The notes under the pieces are model-generated. The model worked only from the letters and a program-made list of their open reading frames with translations. It was not told where the DNA came from and did no database searches. Positions 37,279 through 50,645 of a DNA stretch of 64,000 nucleotides are shown here, piece after piece. Both the position numbers and the translations under genes were made by a program. The stretch lies in contig MU004230.1 in NCBI GenBank assembly GCA_010405405.1, forward strand, positions 1,398,627-1,462,626, read 5' to 3'. This DNA is from Microthyrium microscopicum (taxonomy: Eukaryota). Each line of letters opens with the position of its first letter. The stretch's first letter is position 1.

Positions 37279-37421
37279 AGATAGATGTGCACCTGGCGCT
37301 CGTCCACTTCTTTGCCCCACTACAGCGCCCACCAAGCCCCACGAAATTATCATCTCAGTGTTGTTCCAAGGTCAACAACTTTCTCACTGTCAATTCCTCT
37401 GTCGAACGCGCAAAATCCATC

Positions 37422-39233
37422 ATGGCTCCGCAAACCCTGCTAGACCTTGTGTCGGCTCTGCCTTCGACAGATAGTTGGGGACCACCAGCATCATCCGAGA
37501 CCAATCTAAACGGCGTTCCATATGCACCATTCTCGAAAGGCGACAAACTTGGTCGCATGGCCGACTGGACTGAGGGCAAGGATAGAGACCGCCCAGGACG
37601 ACAACAGTATGGGAACAGAGGATATCGAGGTAATAAATATCTGTGAACAATCGCGACTGTGCTAAAATAATGCAGATGCGCAAATCTACGGTGCCCAAAG
37701 CAATCCTTTCGCCATCCAACAAGCCGAAGACGAGGCCTCCTTCTCCGTTGTCGACAACACCAAAACATCCTCACGAGGGCGCGGATTTGGTCGCGGCGGT
37801 CAGGTCTTCCGAGGCCGTGGCCAGCGCGGAGCCCAGAACCAACGTGGTGGCCGTGGAACATTTCAACGAGTTGGCGGCCGAGGTGGCCAGCAAGGCTATG
37901 ATAATCGCAACCAGCGTGGAGGTCGTGGAGGACGACGGTTTGGCTATCGTGATGACAAACCTCAACGAAATCGCGATGCTAGCATTCAAGTCAAGCCCGA
38001 TTGGAACTTATTGGAAGAGATTGATTTCTCACGTCTGTCCAAGCTTAACCTCGATACTGCCGATGGTGAAGACTTAGACACATACGGTTTCCTTTACTAC
38101 TACGACCGCGCATACGACAAACAACCGGGAGCTAAGACGTCGGAGAAAAAGCTGAATGTTCTTGAGCGTGCCGCATACAACGTGACTACATCTAACGATC
38201 CAATAATCCATGACTTGGCAGAGAAGGATGAGGGTACAATATTCACCACAGACAGCATCCTGTCTTTACTGATGTGTGCTCCACGAAGCGTTTATCCTTG
38301 GGATTTGGTGATCACAAAGCAAGAGGAGAAGCTATACATCGATAGAAGAGAGGGCTCCACTCTTGATATGGTCACCGTCAACGAAAACGCTGCAGATGCT
38401 CCATTAGAAACGTCCGAAGGGAACAAAGATACCATCAATAGTCCCTCGGCGCTGATGATGGAAGCCACCCACATTAACAACATTTTCCCTCTTCAGGTCG
38501 TGAAGGAATCAGAGTCCGCAAAGAAGGAAATGGAACACTCTCATCCCTTCTACAACGAACATGAGGAAACTGACCCACCTGCCTCAAAAGCCTACAACTA
38601 TCGGAGATTCGATTTGTCATTATCTCAAGACGAAGAGCCACTACACCTCATTGTTCGGACAGAACTCGATGCTGTCCTCAAGAACAGTATCACAAATGAC
38701 GACCAGAATATTACTATCAAGGCATTGAACGAATTCGACAGCAAGGCACAGGGTAGTGGTGGTGCTCTGGATTGGCGTAGTAAACTGTCGTCGCAGCGCG
38801 GTGCAGTTGTAGCAACAGAAATGAAGAACAACAGCTGCAAACTCGCTAGATGGACAATTCAGAGTATCTTGGCCAAGGCTGATATACTCAAGATAGGGTA
38901 TGACAAAATTTTGCATCTTTAGGACATGTTGCTGACTAGATCTTTAGATTCGTTTCGCGTGTCAATCCACGATCGCCGAATGATCACATTATCTTGGGTG
39001 TACTTGGATACAAACCGCGCGATTTCGCTGCGCAGATGAACTTGAATCTTGCCAATGGTTGGGGCATCGTTCGAACCATTGTGGACATGATTCGCCACAT
39101 GGACGATGGGAAGTACATACTTGTCAAGGACCCCAACAAGAGCGTCCTCAGACTGTATGCTGTTCCATCGGATTACTTCGAGGATGATGACAATGCTGCC
39201 GAGGCACCAGATCAAGATGAGGCTGACGATTGA
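37422..39233 (+). CDS. EIF3D: Translation initiation factor eIF3 subunit D; introns 37630-37675 and 38898-38947
   Basis: Motifs [71 protein letters not shown] and [17 protein letters not shown]. Confidence 0.95.
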
Positions 39234-39676
39234 ATGGGTGTACGATAAGGGATTTGGGATTGATTGAAGCATTGATGCGTGAGCAGGTAGATACAAAAGC
39301 ATTTCTTCCATTGCCAGCATAACTTATTTTTCTTTTAAAATGATCAGGCCTAGAAGCTGCATGCTCTCTGAAATATATTTTGATATATGAAGTTCTTGTT
39401 GTGGTAAAGCACAGTCCAACGTCATCATGGCAATGAACCTTGAAGCTGCAGCATTTTCATGCATCCAACGGTGACAATGACATGAACCACATGTTTTCCT
39501 TTGCACTCCACCTCCACCACATGGACCTCAACTCATCGTTCATCAGTTTCGTTTGTCCACCCACCTCCCAATTTTCATGAAATTCGCAATGATCTATTTG
39601 CGGCCACATCTTGTCATGTCGGAAGTGTGCTCGTTGAATTCGTCGTCTGCCAGACAAAGCTCGTAGACACTTCGCA

Positions 39677-41301
39677 ATGGCGTCCTCAGCTACGGAGCAG
39701 ACTCCTCTGCTCCCTCAACATGTTCAGCCCGCCAATCCCAAACCTCGCCGCACCGTCACGTTTGACAGTCACGTTTCCACGAGCGATGCACCGGAAATCT
39801 CCCCGAAACAAACACCACTCTCGACCGTTCAGTCTGCGCCGGCTGGACAACCGATTACAGATGCGGCATCTGTGATATCCACACTGAACAATAAACTGCG
39901 CCGGAGAAATAGTCAAGGAGCACCACAAGCTTATCCGAATACTCCAGTGCCTAAGATTGGGCCGCAACGTACCACAAAAGTCGCCGAGAAACTCAAGATC
40001 CTGCCAAACCCTGAACAGGGCGCAGAGGATGAGGAAAGTGGACGCGATGTATACGCACAATTCACTCGAATCAAAGACCCAACAGCCAGACGTGATGCCG
40101 CGCGATTGGGCAGAGAGGATCGTAGCAAACTACCTAGAGTAACGGCTTATTGCACAGCTGGGTCGTACCGCATGAACGAGCTAATGCGCTATCTCAAAGC
40201 TCGTAGCAGAGATCGCTACGCCTCTCCAAAATTATTTGACGAGTGCATCTATACGCCTTATAATTATGGCGACCCAAAAGCACGGAGTGCTCCACCACAG
40301 GAACAATCGGAACCTCATCAGCGGAGATACTCAGACTCTGTGGTGGAGATCGCCAATGAGCAGCAAAGAAGCGGCTTACTGGAGTACAATCAACATGGTA
40401 GTGACCTCGATTCGAACAATGTCAACGCGTTCTATTCCAATTATCAGCCAGAAGAGCTGGTTGATGCTGGGCCCGAACATGTTCCGCAGGAGTTGGATAT
40501 TGAAGTACACACCCCGGAAATCTTCCTCTTCAACTATGGCACTGTGGTCATATGGGGCATGACTCTACGAGAAGAACACCGCTTTCTTAAGGAGATTGCG
40601 AAATTCGAGGTGGAAAAATTGGCCAAAGATGACATTCAAACCGAGGATTTCAATTTCTATTATACTCGAGAGTACCAGGCCCGGATATACAACGACTTTA
40701 TTAGCTTGATGGACAAGAGAAATTACATGACGAAGCTAGCTATCAGCCATGCCCTGTCTCAAAGCGTCAAGGTGAGCATAAAAAGCCTTTCGGTTGGCAT
40801 GAATGCTAACATTATGTAAAGACATCGTTATATGAGGACCTCGTCGACAATACAATCGAGACGACCAAAGAGGTTCCGGCTCAAATAGCCATTACCGGCA
40901 AAGTCAAAATGACTCGTCGGGAAATTAATATGCAGATTGGAGAACTTTTCATCCTCCGTATCAACATCCATCTCCAGGGTTCGGTGCTAGATGCGCCTGA
41001 GCTTATGTGGGCCGAACCCCAACTCGAGCCTACATATTCAGCTGTTCGAATGTACCTTGAAATGGACCAGCGAGTCGCATTGTTGACTGAACGACTGAAT
41101 GTCATTGCGGATCTTCTCGCAGTTCTAAAGGATCAGTTGACACATACTCATGGCGAATATCTCGAGTGGATCGGTAAGGTTTCGCTTCGCCCCGCGAACT
41201 ATTCGATAGCTAACTTGATTCCAGTAATTGTGCTGATCGCGGCAGAGATAGTTGTGGCAGCAGTGAATATTCTGGTGGATTTGTATGCGGAGGTTGATTA
41301 G
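39677..41301 (+). CDS. RMD1: Rmd1-family (DUF155) protein; 2 introns
   Basis: Motifs GPQRTTKVAEKLKILP, LPRVTAYCTA, EIFLFNYGTVVIWG, KLAISHALSQSVK, INIHLQGSVLDAPELMW and HGEYLEWI. Confidence 0.9.
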
Positions 41302-42016
41302 AAATGCGATTGTAGCTTGGTGGTTCGGAGAGACCTGGGACGCTTCAAGTCCTCAACTTGTAGGAATAGTGACACTTCAAACAAGCAATTGTACAAGATA
41401 AAATGATCTTGACCGTGTGACATCCAATCATCGAATTGAAACAGTGAAAAGTTAAATATCTGGATTATCAAGTATGAGGGTGGAGCGGGACTCTCCGCCA
41501 ACCAAAAAAAGGAGTAGCTTCAAGCACAACAAGCTTTCCTCCGAATACCGCAAGTCATTACAAAGCCTCGACAAATATCATACCCCTTTTGCGTGGGTTC
41601 ATGTTGTTTGCTGATATCTCGCCCTCGTTTCGTCTGGGATCGTCATTGCTTGCCAGGGGACCCGAAGCTGCAAGGTCTTCCCTCGTGCTCCGAACCGTAA
41701 CTTAGACCCAAAGATCTTCCCCATCTCCCATCTGACCAACAACAACTACTCCCTCATTACGGACAATGCCAGTCAGTGCCTTGTTCCAATATAAATTATA
41801 CATCGCAACATAATCCTACCTCCCGCCTGGCCAATAGCTCCCAACTTGCAGCCGGAAGCAAGCTTCTATCTCCCTCTCATCATACCAAAATTTCTCCCTC
41901 AGCTGCAAAACCTTCGACGTCAAGTTCCCCGTACCCCACGACGCCACACGATGCCCACGGGTCTACAATCGCAATATTATTAATACTCCTCAAATGATAC
42001 CTTCTCGCCGTTCCCC

Positions 42017-45000
42017 ATGAGTTGGAATCTCCTGGAGCGCTTTCTGGAGAGCGAGCATTTCAAACAGGACACTTCATTGTGCATCCAGTACCTCTCGTGC
42101 GTTCTCGAACCTCAATTCTCAACATCAAAATAAAATTTTGGCTCACCTTTAAATAGGAGATATGCGGATCATGTAGGCATACAGTATGCGCTCTGCTCAA
42201 AGCTGCGCCAGTTTACATACGAGGAGCTGGAGTTTTCGCTCCCCCAGCTTTGCCAGCTCCTCGTATCCGTTGACAATGAGTCCATGGCGTTGGAAGAGTT
42301 CATAATGGACCTTTGTGAAGAGTCCGCCAATGCAGCTCTACTTGTATGACATGTTACTACTTGCTAGATATGTGCTAATATTGATTTTAGACCTTCTGGC
42401 TTTTTCAGACGTACCTGCACGACCTCTCATCGAACCCACAATCCGAGCATTTTAGAACATGCAGCCGCATTTATAATAAAATACAGCGAATAATATTCGG
42501 TGCGGCGGACAGTGTGCATAGAGAAAAGATAAAAACCAACATCCTGCCGATGACCGTTCTTGCGAGTTTGATACTGGCTAGTGTTGCAACACCGTTTCTC
42601 CCGCGACATGCTGGGCCTCTTGCCATCGCACAAGCAAGACGACCACGGCCACTGGAGGATGTTATTTCGGAAGCTGGACAGGAAAGCAAATTGGCTAGGA
42701 GCCACACTGTTTCTGGGTCTGGAGCTGGTGGTCATCCGAAACCGGGCAGAAGGAAGGCTCCAGCTGCCCCTAAAGACATTGATCCTGCTCGAGTTCGGCG
42801 TAAACAAGCACACTCGGCGTCTGCAAGCACTCCCACCATTGTTGTGGAGCAGAGCAAAGCTCCTGTTCACCAAGAACCTGTCAAGGCTGTCTTGGGATCT
42901 TCAGCAAATCCACCTGCTGAACCATCGTTAAGCTCTACTTCTCTCCCAGATACCATGCGACCCGTGGAAGAGACAAAGCTTCCGACACCTCCCGCGAGTG
43001 CTGGCTTACCCAGGCATGGTGATCGAAAAAGAAGACACACTCATTCTACCCGGCCGGTGGCTCCGTCAACGGTTCCTAGGGAGCAAAAGATACGAATGTT
43101 GCGATCTAACTACTTCCGGAGTCAAACCGCATTCCTGACTGCCCTCATGGACATTTCTAACCGCCTTGTGAATGTGGCTAAACCGGCGAGATTGAGCGCA
43201 CTCAGAGCTGAACTTGGACTGATTGCTCAAGATCTGCCGGCTGAAGTCGATATTCCAGTCATCTGCCCTGCAACTTTGGAAGAAGGTGCCGCAAGCAATA
43301 GCAAGCACCATCGGATCGTTCGTCTTAACCCGGCCGAGGCAACCAGCCTGAATTCGGCAGAGCGAGTACCTTACCTTTTAATGGTAGAGGTGATTCGAGA
43401 AGATTTTGATTTCAATCCAGACTCGGAAGAAAATTCTCATCTCCTCAGCCGCTTGCTCACGGAAAAAGGTCCGTTATCTAGAAGGCTTTTTGATCTCACA
43501 GACTCTGGACGAGAACAAGCTCGAGATGGCAATAACAATCTAGGAGAAGACAGCGTCCTTGAGCCCGCTGAAGGCGACTTGGGGAATGCTCCTTTGATAA
43601 ACAACTACCCCTACTCACCGGAAGAGGAGCTGCCGGTTCGAACCAAGTCGCCTCTGGTGAATGGGGTCACAATCTTACCGGCCGGAAGATCCTCTAGCGG
43701 TGCGACTGGACGATCATCCATGGCAGGCATTTCTACTCCACGATCCTCGCATACCGAGATTAGTCGCAACGGAAGTCCAGCACCACGCAAAGCTACAACT
43801 ACTGGAAGCAGATCATATGCACCAGACCAGCCAGACGTGTCTGCCCTAGCAACACATATGCGAACGGCTGCTCAAATGTTGGCCCAATTAGACCAAAGTA
43901 GTTCTAAACGACCTAAGCAAGAAGTTGCTGCAATCAAAGCCAAAATTATCGCTAGTATGCAATCACTGGAGGAGCAAAGCTTTTTGATGGACGACCCTAC
44001 TAACCCACCGACCTTTGATACCATCATGGCCAAATCAGATACAGAAAACCCCGATGTAGTGCAAGGTGTCTTTGACGACGAGAACCTTGACACCGATGCT
44101 GAGCGCACCATAAACTCTGGGGCTGGAGCGGCAAGAATGGAGAACGACCAGATTACTGGAGGTGTCAAAAGAAAGGGAGACCGAGATGATCCTAGTGCTG
44201 CAACCTTTGGTGAGGATTGGGAAGCCAAAAAGGATCGAATTCGTCGCTCCTCACCATATGGTTGGATGAAAAATTGGGATCTTATCAGTGTTATTGTCAA
44301 GACAGGCGCAGACTTACGACAGGAGGCCTTTGCATGTCAACTCATTCGGGTTTGTTCCAAGATCTGGACAGCCGTCAACGTGCCAGTTTGGGTCAAGAAC
44401 ATGCGCATTCTGGTCACTGGAGAATCATCTGGACTTATCGAAACAATCACGAATGGCGTGTCTCTTCACTCTCTGAAGCGCAGCTTAACTCTTGCAAACA
44501 TAGCGGCAGGGACCAACTCCAAGAAACGCATTGCCACGCTCAAAGATCACTTTGTTAAAACCTTTGGCGAACCTGAAACTGAAGCCTATAACACAGCTGT
44601 CGAAGCCTTCAGCCAAAGTCTCGCTGCCTACAGCGTCATTTCATACGTGCTCCAGCTCAAAGATCGGCATAATGGCAATCTTCTGATCGACAACTCTGGG
44701 CACATTATCCACATTGATTTCGGCTTCATGCTGTCCAACTCACCTGGCAGCATGGGTTTTGAAGCGGCACCTTTTAAACTCACTTACGAATATATTGACG
44801 TACTAGGAGGCATGACCTCGCCTGCCTTTGACAGCTTCAAAAAGCTGTGCAAGCAGGCTTTCCAAGCACTACGGAAAGATGCAGAAAAACTCATCAGCCT
44901 GGTGGAAATTATGGGCCGTCAATCTGCGATGCCGTGCTTTGCATCTGGTGGACATCAGGCAGTGAATGCACTAAGGGCACGATTTGTGCTACATCTCAGT

Positions 45001-45156
45001 AGAGAGGAGGCGGAGACATTTGTTGAAGAGCTGATCCAGAAAAGTGCTGGGAGTTATTATACTAGACTGTAAGTTGTTTACCCTTGGAGAAGTGAATATG
45101 CTAACTGGCAATTTAGTTATGATACCTTCCAATACCGCTCTCAAGGAATCTATTGA
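42017..45156 (+). CDS. PIK1: Phosphatidylinositol 4-kinase type III beta; 3 introns
   Basis: N-terminus MSWNLLERFLES and ELEFSLPQLCQLL. Kinase motifs LNSAERVPYLL, VIVKTGADLRQE, LQLKDRHNGN, IHIDFGF and GFEAAPFK; C-terminus YDTFQYRSQGIY*. Confidence 0.95.
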
Positions 45157-45817
45157 TTTCTTTTACATCGCTCCGCCGTTAGAGGTCAGCCTTTACAAGC
45201 TATTGATCGCGCCAGATAGATACCCATTTCGATGGACGTTTGAACAATGAAATTCATGACACGATCATGACTTTAAGTGCAATACGCCATCCGATGTCCT
45301 GAAGTGAGGTCCCAGAAGCTAACCTTAGACAACAGACCGCGAGAGGCATGTTTGAAGATCGTCATTATTCATTGATTGTCTAATGCTTACTTATCGTTCG
45401 GTAAATGAGCAATAGGCCATTACTATCAACATTTCTGGTATCATCTCAGTCGGCCATGCAAGCAAATCAATCTCCAGATCAATGCCCGCTGCTGATACAG
45501 TCGTCGGCTATGCGTGGTGTTTTCTTCAAGAATCAACATGTTTTAATGGTCACCTTGAAAGGTGATGAGAAATCGACAATTCAACAACCTCGGCTCAGTA
45601 AAGCTTCTCATGCAAGTAGCTCTCTAGCTTGGATCTGATGTCAGCTTAAAAAATGTTACACATGTATGAGGCGAGATTCGAGATCTCAATCTTCTTTGTC
45701 TCTTTTCTCTAATCACTGCCAATTATTGCTTTTCTCTCTTAGTTTTTCTAGCATACTGGAATATATCAGATTGGGTCATTCTCACTATTCGTACTCAACC
45801 GCCGTCCACACATCACC

Positions 45818-46841
45818 ATGGCCACCATTAAAGATCTCCTGGCCCTAAAGTCCACTGGTCAGGATACTTTCGAATCACTCTCCTTTCCTGACCGTATGGG
45901 CAATGCCGCTTTAATCGCATATGGTGGCTGCACTCTTGGTGTCGCTGCCCATGCCGCTTATCTCACTGTCCCGTCGACTCACCACGCCTACTCGCTACAA
46001 GGCGCCTTTCTGGGTCCAGCTTTAATCGACCGTGTCTACACCATCCACGTAACTCGTCAGCGCGATACACGCACATTCGCTACGCGCCTCGTGGATGTGC
46101 GGCAAACACTCGACGATGGCTCAACTCGTAGTTGTTTGACCTTACTGGCAGACTTCATGACCGCAGAACCAAAGGATTTGATGACATTTAGTGCGCCACC
46201 AACTCGGGATTGGGGGACACCAGAGGATGGACTGGAGTATCATGCTGCGAGGAAAAAGCTGTTGGATGAGGGAAAGATTGATGAGCGAACGTATAGAAGG
46301 GCGAGAACTATGATTGCGTTGGCACTGAGAACATTTGATATTAGTCACTGTCATGGGAGTATTATGACGGAGGTGTTGTATGGAGTTGCGAAGATGGCGC
46401 CGTCGAGTCAAGATGGGATGGAGTTGACAGATAAGGTTTCTGCTGGTAAGTGATGGTGTTCCTGGATGTTTGAAGCAGCAAGTGTGCTAATGAGATATAG
46501 ATTGGAACAAGTCTTCGACAAAGCTGAGTACGGAGGGCGAGCATGTTGGTGCGCTGGCGTTTTTGATGGATATGGCGACGTCTTTTATACATCTTTCGCA
46601 TGATCACAAGTTTTTGGATGATGCAGGCGCTTGTTCAAGTTTGGATTTCTCGCTTCGTCTGTTCTCGAACAATATCAACATCAATGAATGGCATTTGCGT
46701 GAGATGAAAGCAGTTGTGGCACGGCAAGGAAGAGCGTATAACGAAATTCGACTTTGGGATTCTGAGAAACGATTGACTGCTATCATGACACAACAGGGGA
46801 TTATGAGGCCTCCGCCGGAAAAGACAAAGTCCAACATATGA
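45818..46841 (+). CDS. Acyl-CoA thioesterase (TesB-like double hot-dog fold); 1 intron (~46446-46500)
   Basis: Motifs RMGNAALIAYGG, YSLQGAFLGP, RDTRTFATRLV, ALAFLMD, CSSLDFSLR and LTAIMTQQGIMRP. Confidence 0.88.
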
Positions 46842-48439
46842 GTCTTATGCAATGAATCTCAAGACTCTTGGGTTGCTATTGGGAGAATATGTAGATTGAC
46901 TCGCCGCTTACAAGTCCTAGAATGGTGGTTTATAGAAATGTCATTAGATCTCCAATAGATAGACGTTATGAAATGCCCTCGAAATAACACTGTTTTCATA
47001 AAAAAGGTGCAAAATTGAAGTCCTTGATATGGATCTTCCAGCTCAGGCAGAAGCATCAATATTGGCATTGGATACTACAATCACGCAAAGAAAAACACAC
47101 TAAACCACAAAATAACTTAGTAAGATAGAGAAAAACTAGACGGATTTGCAACTTTAGTTTATATCCTGCAGGATCACATAAAAACAACTTCTTTAGTCCT
47201 CCAAGACATATCTCATTTTTTCCATATGTCCATCTCAAGGCATTATTTATATTCTCAGCACATTTGAGTTCCGGCGGTCAGACCAACAAATTACTCCACG
47301 TACCCGGATATGCAAATATGAATTCGACATGCTGGTAAATATGCGAGTAAATAGCCCTCAAACATGAGTTTTTCAACACTCAAGGTAGTCCTCGAAGGTG
47401 TTCGCTGATCCAACGCTCCGGGTCGCCATACTGGGGATGTTGTGAAGTAATATATATAGCCTGGCCAGCGGTTGTTTCAGCCTGATACTCGAAGGTATGG
47501 ACCAGTAAAACGTCGGCTGTACTGTGCTCCCATGCAGCCTCAATCTGGGCGCGGACAATGAGCGAGTCAAATGTCGTTTTAAAACCGATTGAGTTCTCAC
47601 TAATCCTGGAATGAACCGCAGGATCTACGTTCTATATTTGTTTAACGTTTCTCGTGTTGAGAAAACTTCAACTTCAACTTTCTTCAACAAGTTTCAATTC
47701 TCAAGCTGTGAGATGTTCATGATACTTTTGGCAAAACGACTCTCGGAGCCGAAGAATGGAAGAACTCCACATTCCACGCCACGGCCCGATCGCGGCTTCG
47801 CGTTGACCTCCCTTTTGCATTTTTGACAGCTTGATATCACCAATTAGAATTGACGAACCTCAAGCGGCTTATTCGCTTTCAACACGGGGGATGTGGCGCT
47901 CTCGCTCTTTTCGGTGTCGCTTTACAAATTCAAACTGATCATTCAGCACTCTTTCGGTATTCGGTGTTCTATGACGGCCACCACTTGCAGCAATTGTAAG
48001 TTTCATCCAATCTGCGTCGTAGCAGCTCCAACCTCCCTGGCGTTTCGGCAGCTAGTGAGCAACTGCACGTCGCTTCTGATTCCTCATCGTGATTTTCTAA
48101 TTCGTTGTTGGCTGGAGTATTCGGATTTAACAGCCTGCATCGTTGTTACCGTGTGTCAAAAACGAGGTTTGTTTGGTCTGGTTTGAACCCCGTCCATCGC
48201 AACTATACCGCAACTGTGCTTTGTCCCGCCCGTACTTCCGAGATGGCCATGGTATGACACGAATAGCAGACAGAATAGTTTCAAGCGCGTTGATTTGTTG
48301 CGTTTATGAGTCCTCGGGTCGGGCCATTTTTGTTTAGCTCGGTAGCCTGTTTTTGTTCTTAAACTTTACTACGCGCATATCTGTGCCACCTCTTTTTGAC
48401 GTCTCGTACCGTCGACTTCACATCATCGATATAATCATA

Positions 48440-50505
48440 ATGTCTTCACCACTCCGGAATGAATTAGGCGGGGACCAGACGAGCAAAGGATTGGATAGAA
48501 CACGACCTACCCCATTATCAACTCAACATGAGACGGATTTAGAAAAAGAAGATCACAAGTCAGAAAAGTCGTTGCCTTCACCAACATATCCACCAGCAGC
48601 TGTTTCGCCTACCGCAGACGCAGAAGAGCAAGATGTCGAAAAGGGAGAAATCAAGCCAACTCCATCAAATGTTTCTCAAATACCGGAACGAAGCAGAGCA
48701 AAAACCGCAATTCTTATGTTTGCACTTTGCATGTGTGTATTCCTTGCCGCGCTCGATGTCACCATCGTAACAACCGCACTTCCAACAATTGCAGAACATT
48801 TTCACTCTTCTTCTGGATACACATGGATTGGCTCAGCATACCTTCTTGGAGCTGCTAGCTCGACAGCGATATGGGCCAAAATCTCCGACATTTTCGGTCG
48901 CAAGCCCATTCTGCAAACAGCTAACGTCGTCTTTTTCGCGGGATCTCTCATTGCCGCGCTTTCGACCAGCATTTCTATGCTCATTGCTGCTCGGGCAATC
49001 CAAGGTATTGGAGGAGGCGGATTGATCACTATGGTCAATGTATCAATTGGAGATTTGTTCTCCATGCGGTAAGTCGAGTAACCGACACCTTTTACTAGTA
49101 TCTGATGAATTTTCTAGCACACGAGGCATGTACTATGGATTGGTAGGATTTGTGTGGGCTAGTAAGTATCCTTGAGTTCATTACAATTGCAATATCTAAC
49201 AGTTCTGCAGTTGCCAGTGCAATTGGACCTCTCCTTGGTGGAGTTTTCGCCCAGAAAGTTACCTGGAGATGGATCTTCTATATCAACATTCCGTTCCAAG
49301 GAATATGTTTCCTGATTACGACGTTTCTACTCCATATCCACAAACCCAAAACGGCATTCCTTGCCGGCTTCCTCGCCATCGACTGGGTTGGATCCATACT
49401 CATTGTTGGCGGTATTATCATGTTCCTTCTCGGCCTCGAGTTTGGTGGCGTATCTCATCCATGGACATCAGCGATTGTCTTGTGTCTAATTATATTCGGC
49501 GTCGCTGCCGTCGTACTCTTTGGTATCAACGAATACTTCATCGCTAAGTACCCAATCATCCCTCTCCACATCTTCAAGTACCGCTCCAACGTCGCCGTCT
49601 TCATCGTCTGCTTCTGCCACGGTTTCGTCTTCATCGGCGGCTCCTACTACCTGCCTCTCTACTTTCAAGGCGTCCTCGGCCACGGCCCAATCATCTCTGG
49701 TGTTCTTCTACTCGCCAACGTCCTCCCGCTCTCCTTTATGTCCACGGCCTCCGGGTTCTTCATCCGCAAAACTGGTCTCTACCAGCCACCCATCTGGTTC
49801 GGCCTTGTTTTCATGACTATCGGCTACGGCACATTCATATCCTTCAACGCCAATCCCGGTCTCGGCAAAATCATCGGCTTCCAGATCCTGGCCGGTCTAG
49901 GAACGGGTCCAAACTTCCAAGCGCCACTCATCGCGCTCCAGTCCCTCGTCCCACCTGGAGACATTGCATCCGCGGTAGCAACCTTCCAGCTCGTGCGCAA
50001 TGTCGCGACATCCATGTCCGTCGTAATTGGCGCCGTTGTCTTCCAAAACTCTCTCAAGAGCAAGACTGGCCAACTCAAAGCCGCTCTAGGCGATCAGTTG
50101 GCCAACCAGCTATCTGGCTTCAACGCAGCGGCGTCTGCGCAGGTCATCACGTCACTTCCGCCGGCTCAGCGAGACGTTGCACGAAATGTGTTTGCGTCTA
50201 GCTTGCGGGACATGTGGATTATGTACACGGTGGTCGCTTTCGTTGGACTATTGGTTAGCTTCTTCATTACGCGCCAGCAGCTAGACAAGAAGCATGCGGA
50301 GACGAAGACTGGTCTTAAAGCGGAGGAAGAGAAGCGGGTGGAGCGTGAGGAACGACGCAAGTCTAGACGGGAGAGCAAACAGGCTGCGCGATTGAGTGGC
50401 GGACCGAGAAGTCCTGGAATGGCCAGTGTGGATGGGGAGAGATCTTTGGCTTCGCCTTTGGGTTCGCCTACAGTTGCGAAAGCTGGTGATAAGGAAACGG
50501 TATAA
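48440..50505 (+). CDS. MFS drug:H+ antiporter, DHA2 (14-TMS) type; 2 introns around a short exon
   Basis: Motifs FLAALDVTIVTTALPTI, WIGSAYLL, KISDIFGRK, ARAIQGIGGGG, GPLLGGVF..WRWIFYINIP and YYLPLYFQ. Confidence 0.92.
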
Positions 50506-50645
50506 AGAAGCTTTGCTCTTGTGTGGTTAAAATGTTAGAAGCGTGGTGTTGTAGACTTGGTACTTAGTCGTAATGTGATAATCACTCCTCTAGGAGGTTT
50601 AGGGACATTTTGCTCGATAATGTTTTGAACAAGAATTGCATTTCA

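Noticed and set aside
46830..46841. C-terminal SNI of the thioesterase as a peroxisomal PTS1
   Set aside because: Non-canonical tripeptide, and the readthrough extension gives no PTS1 either.
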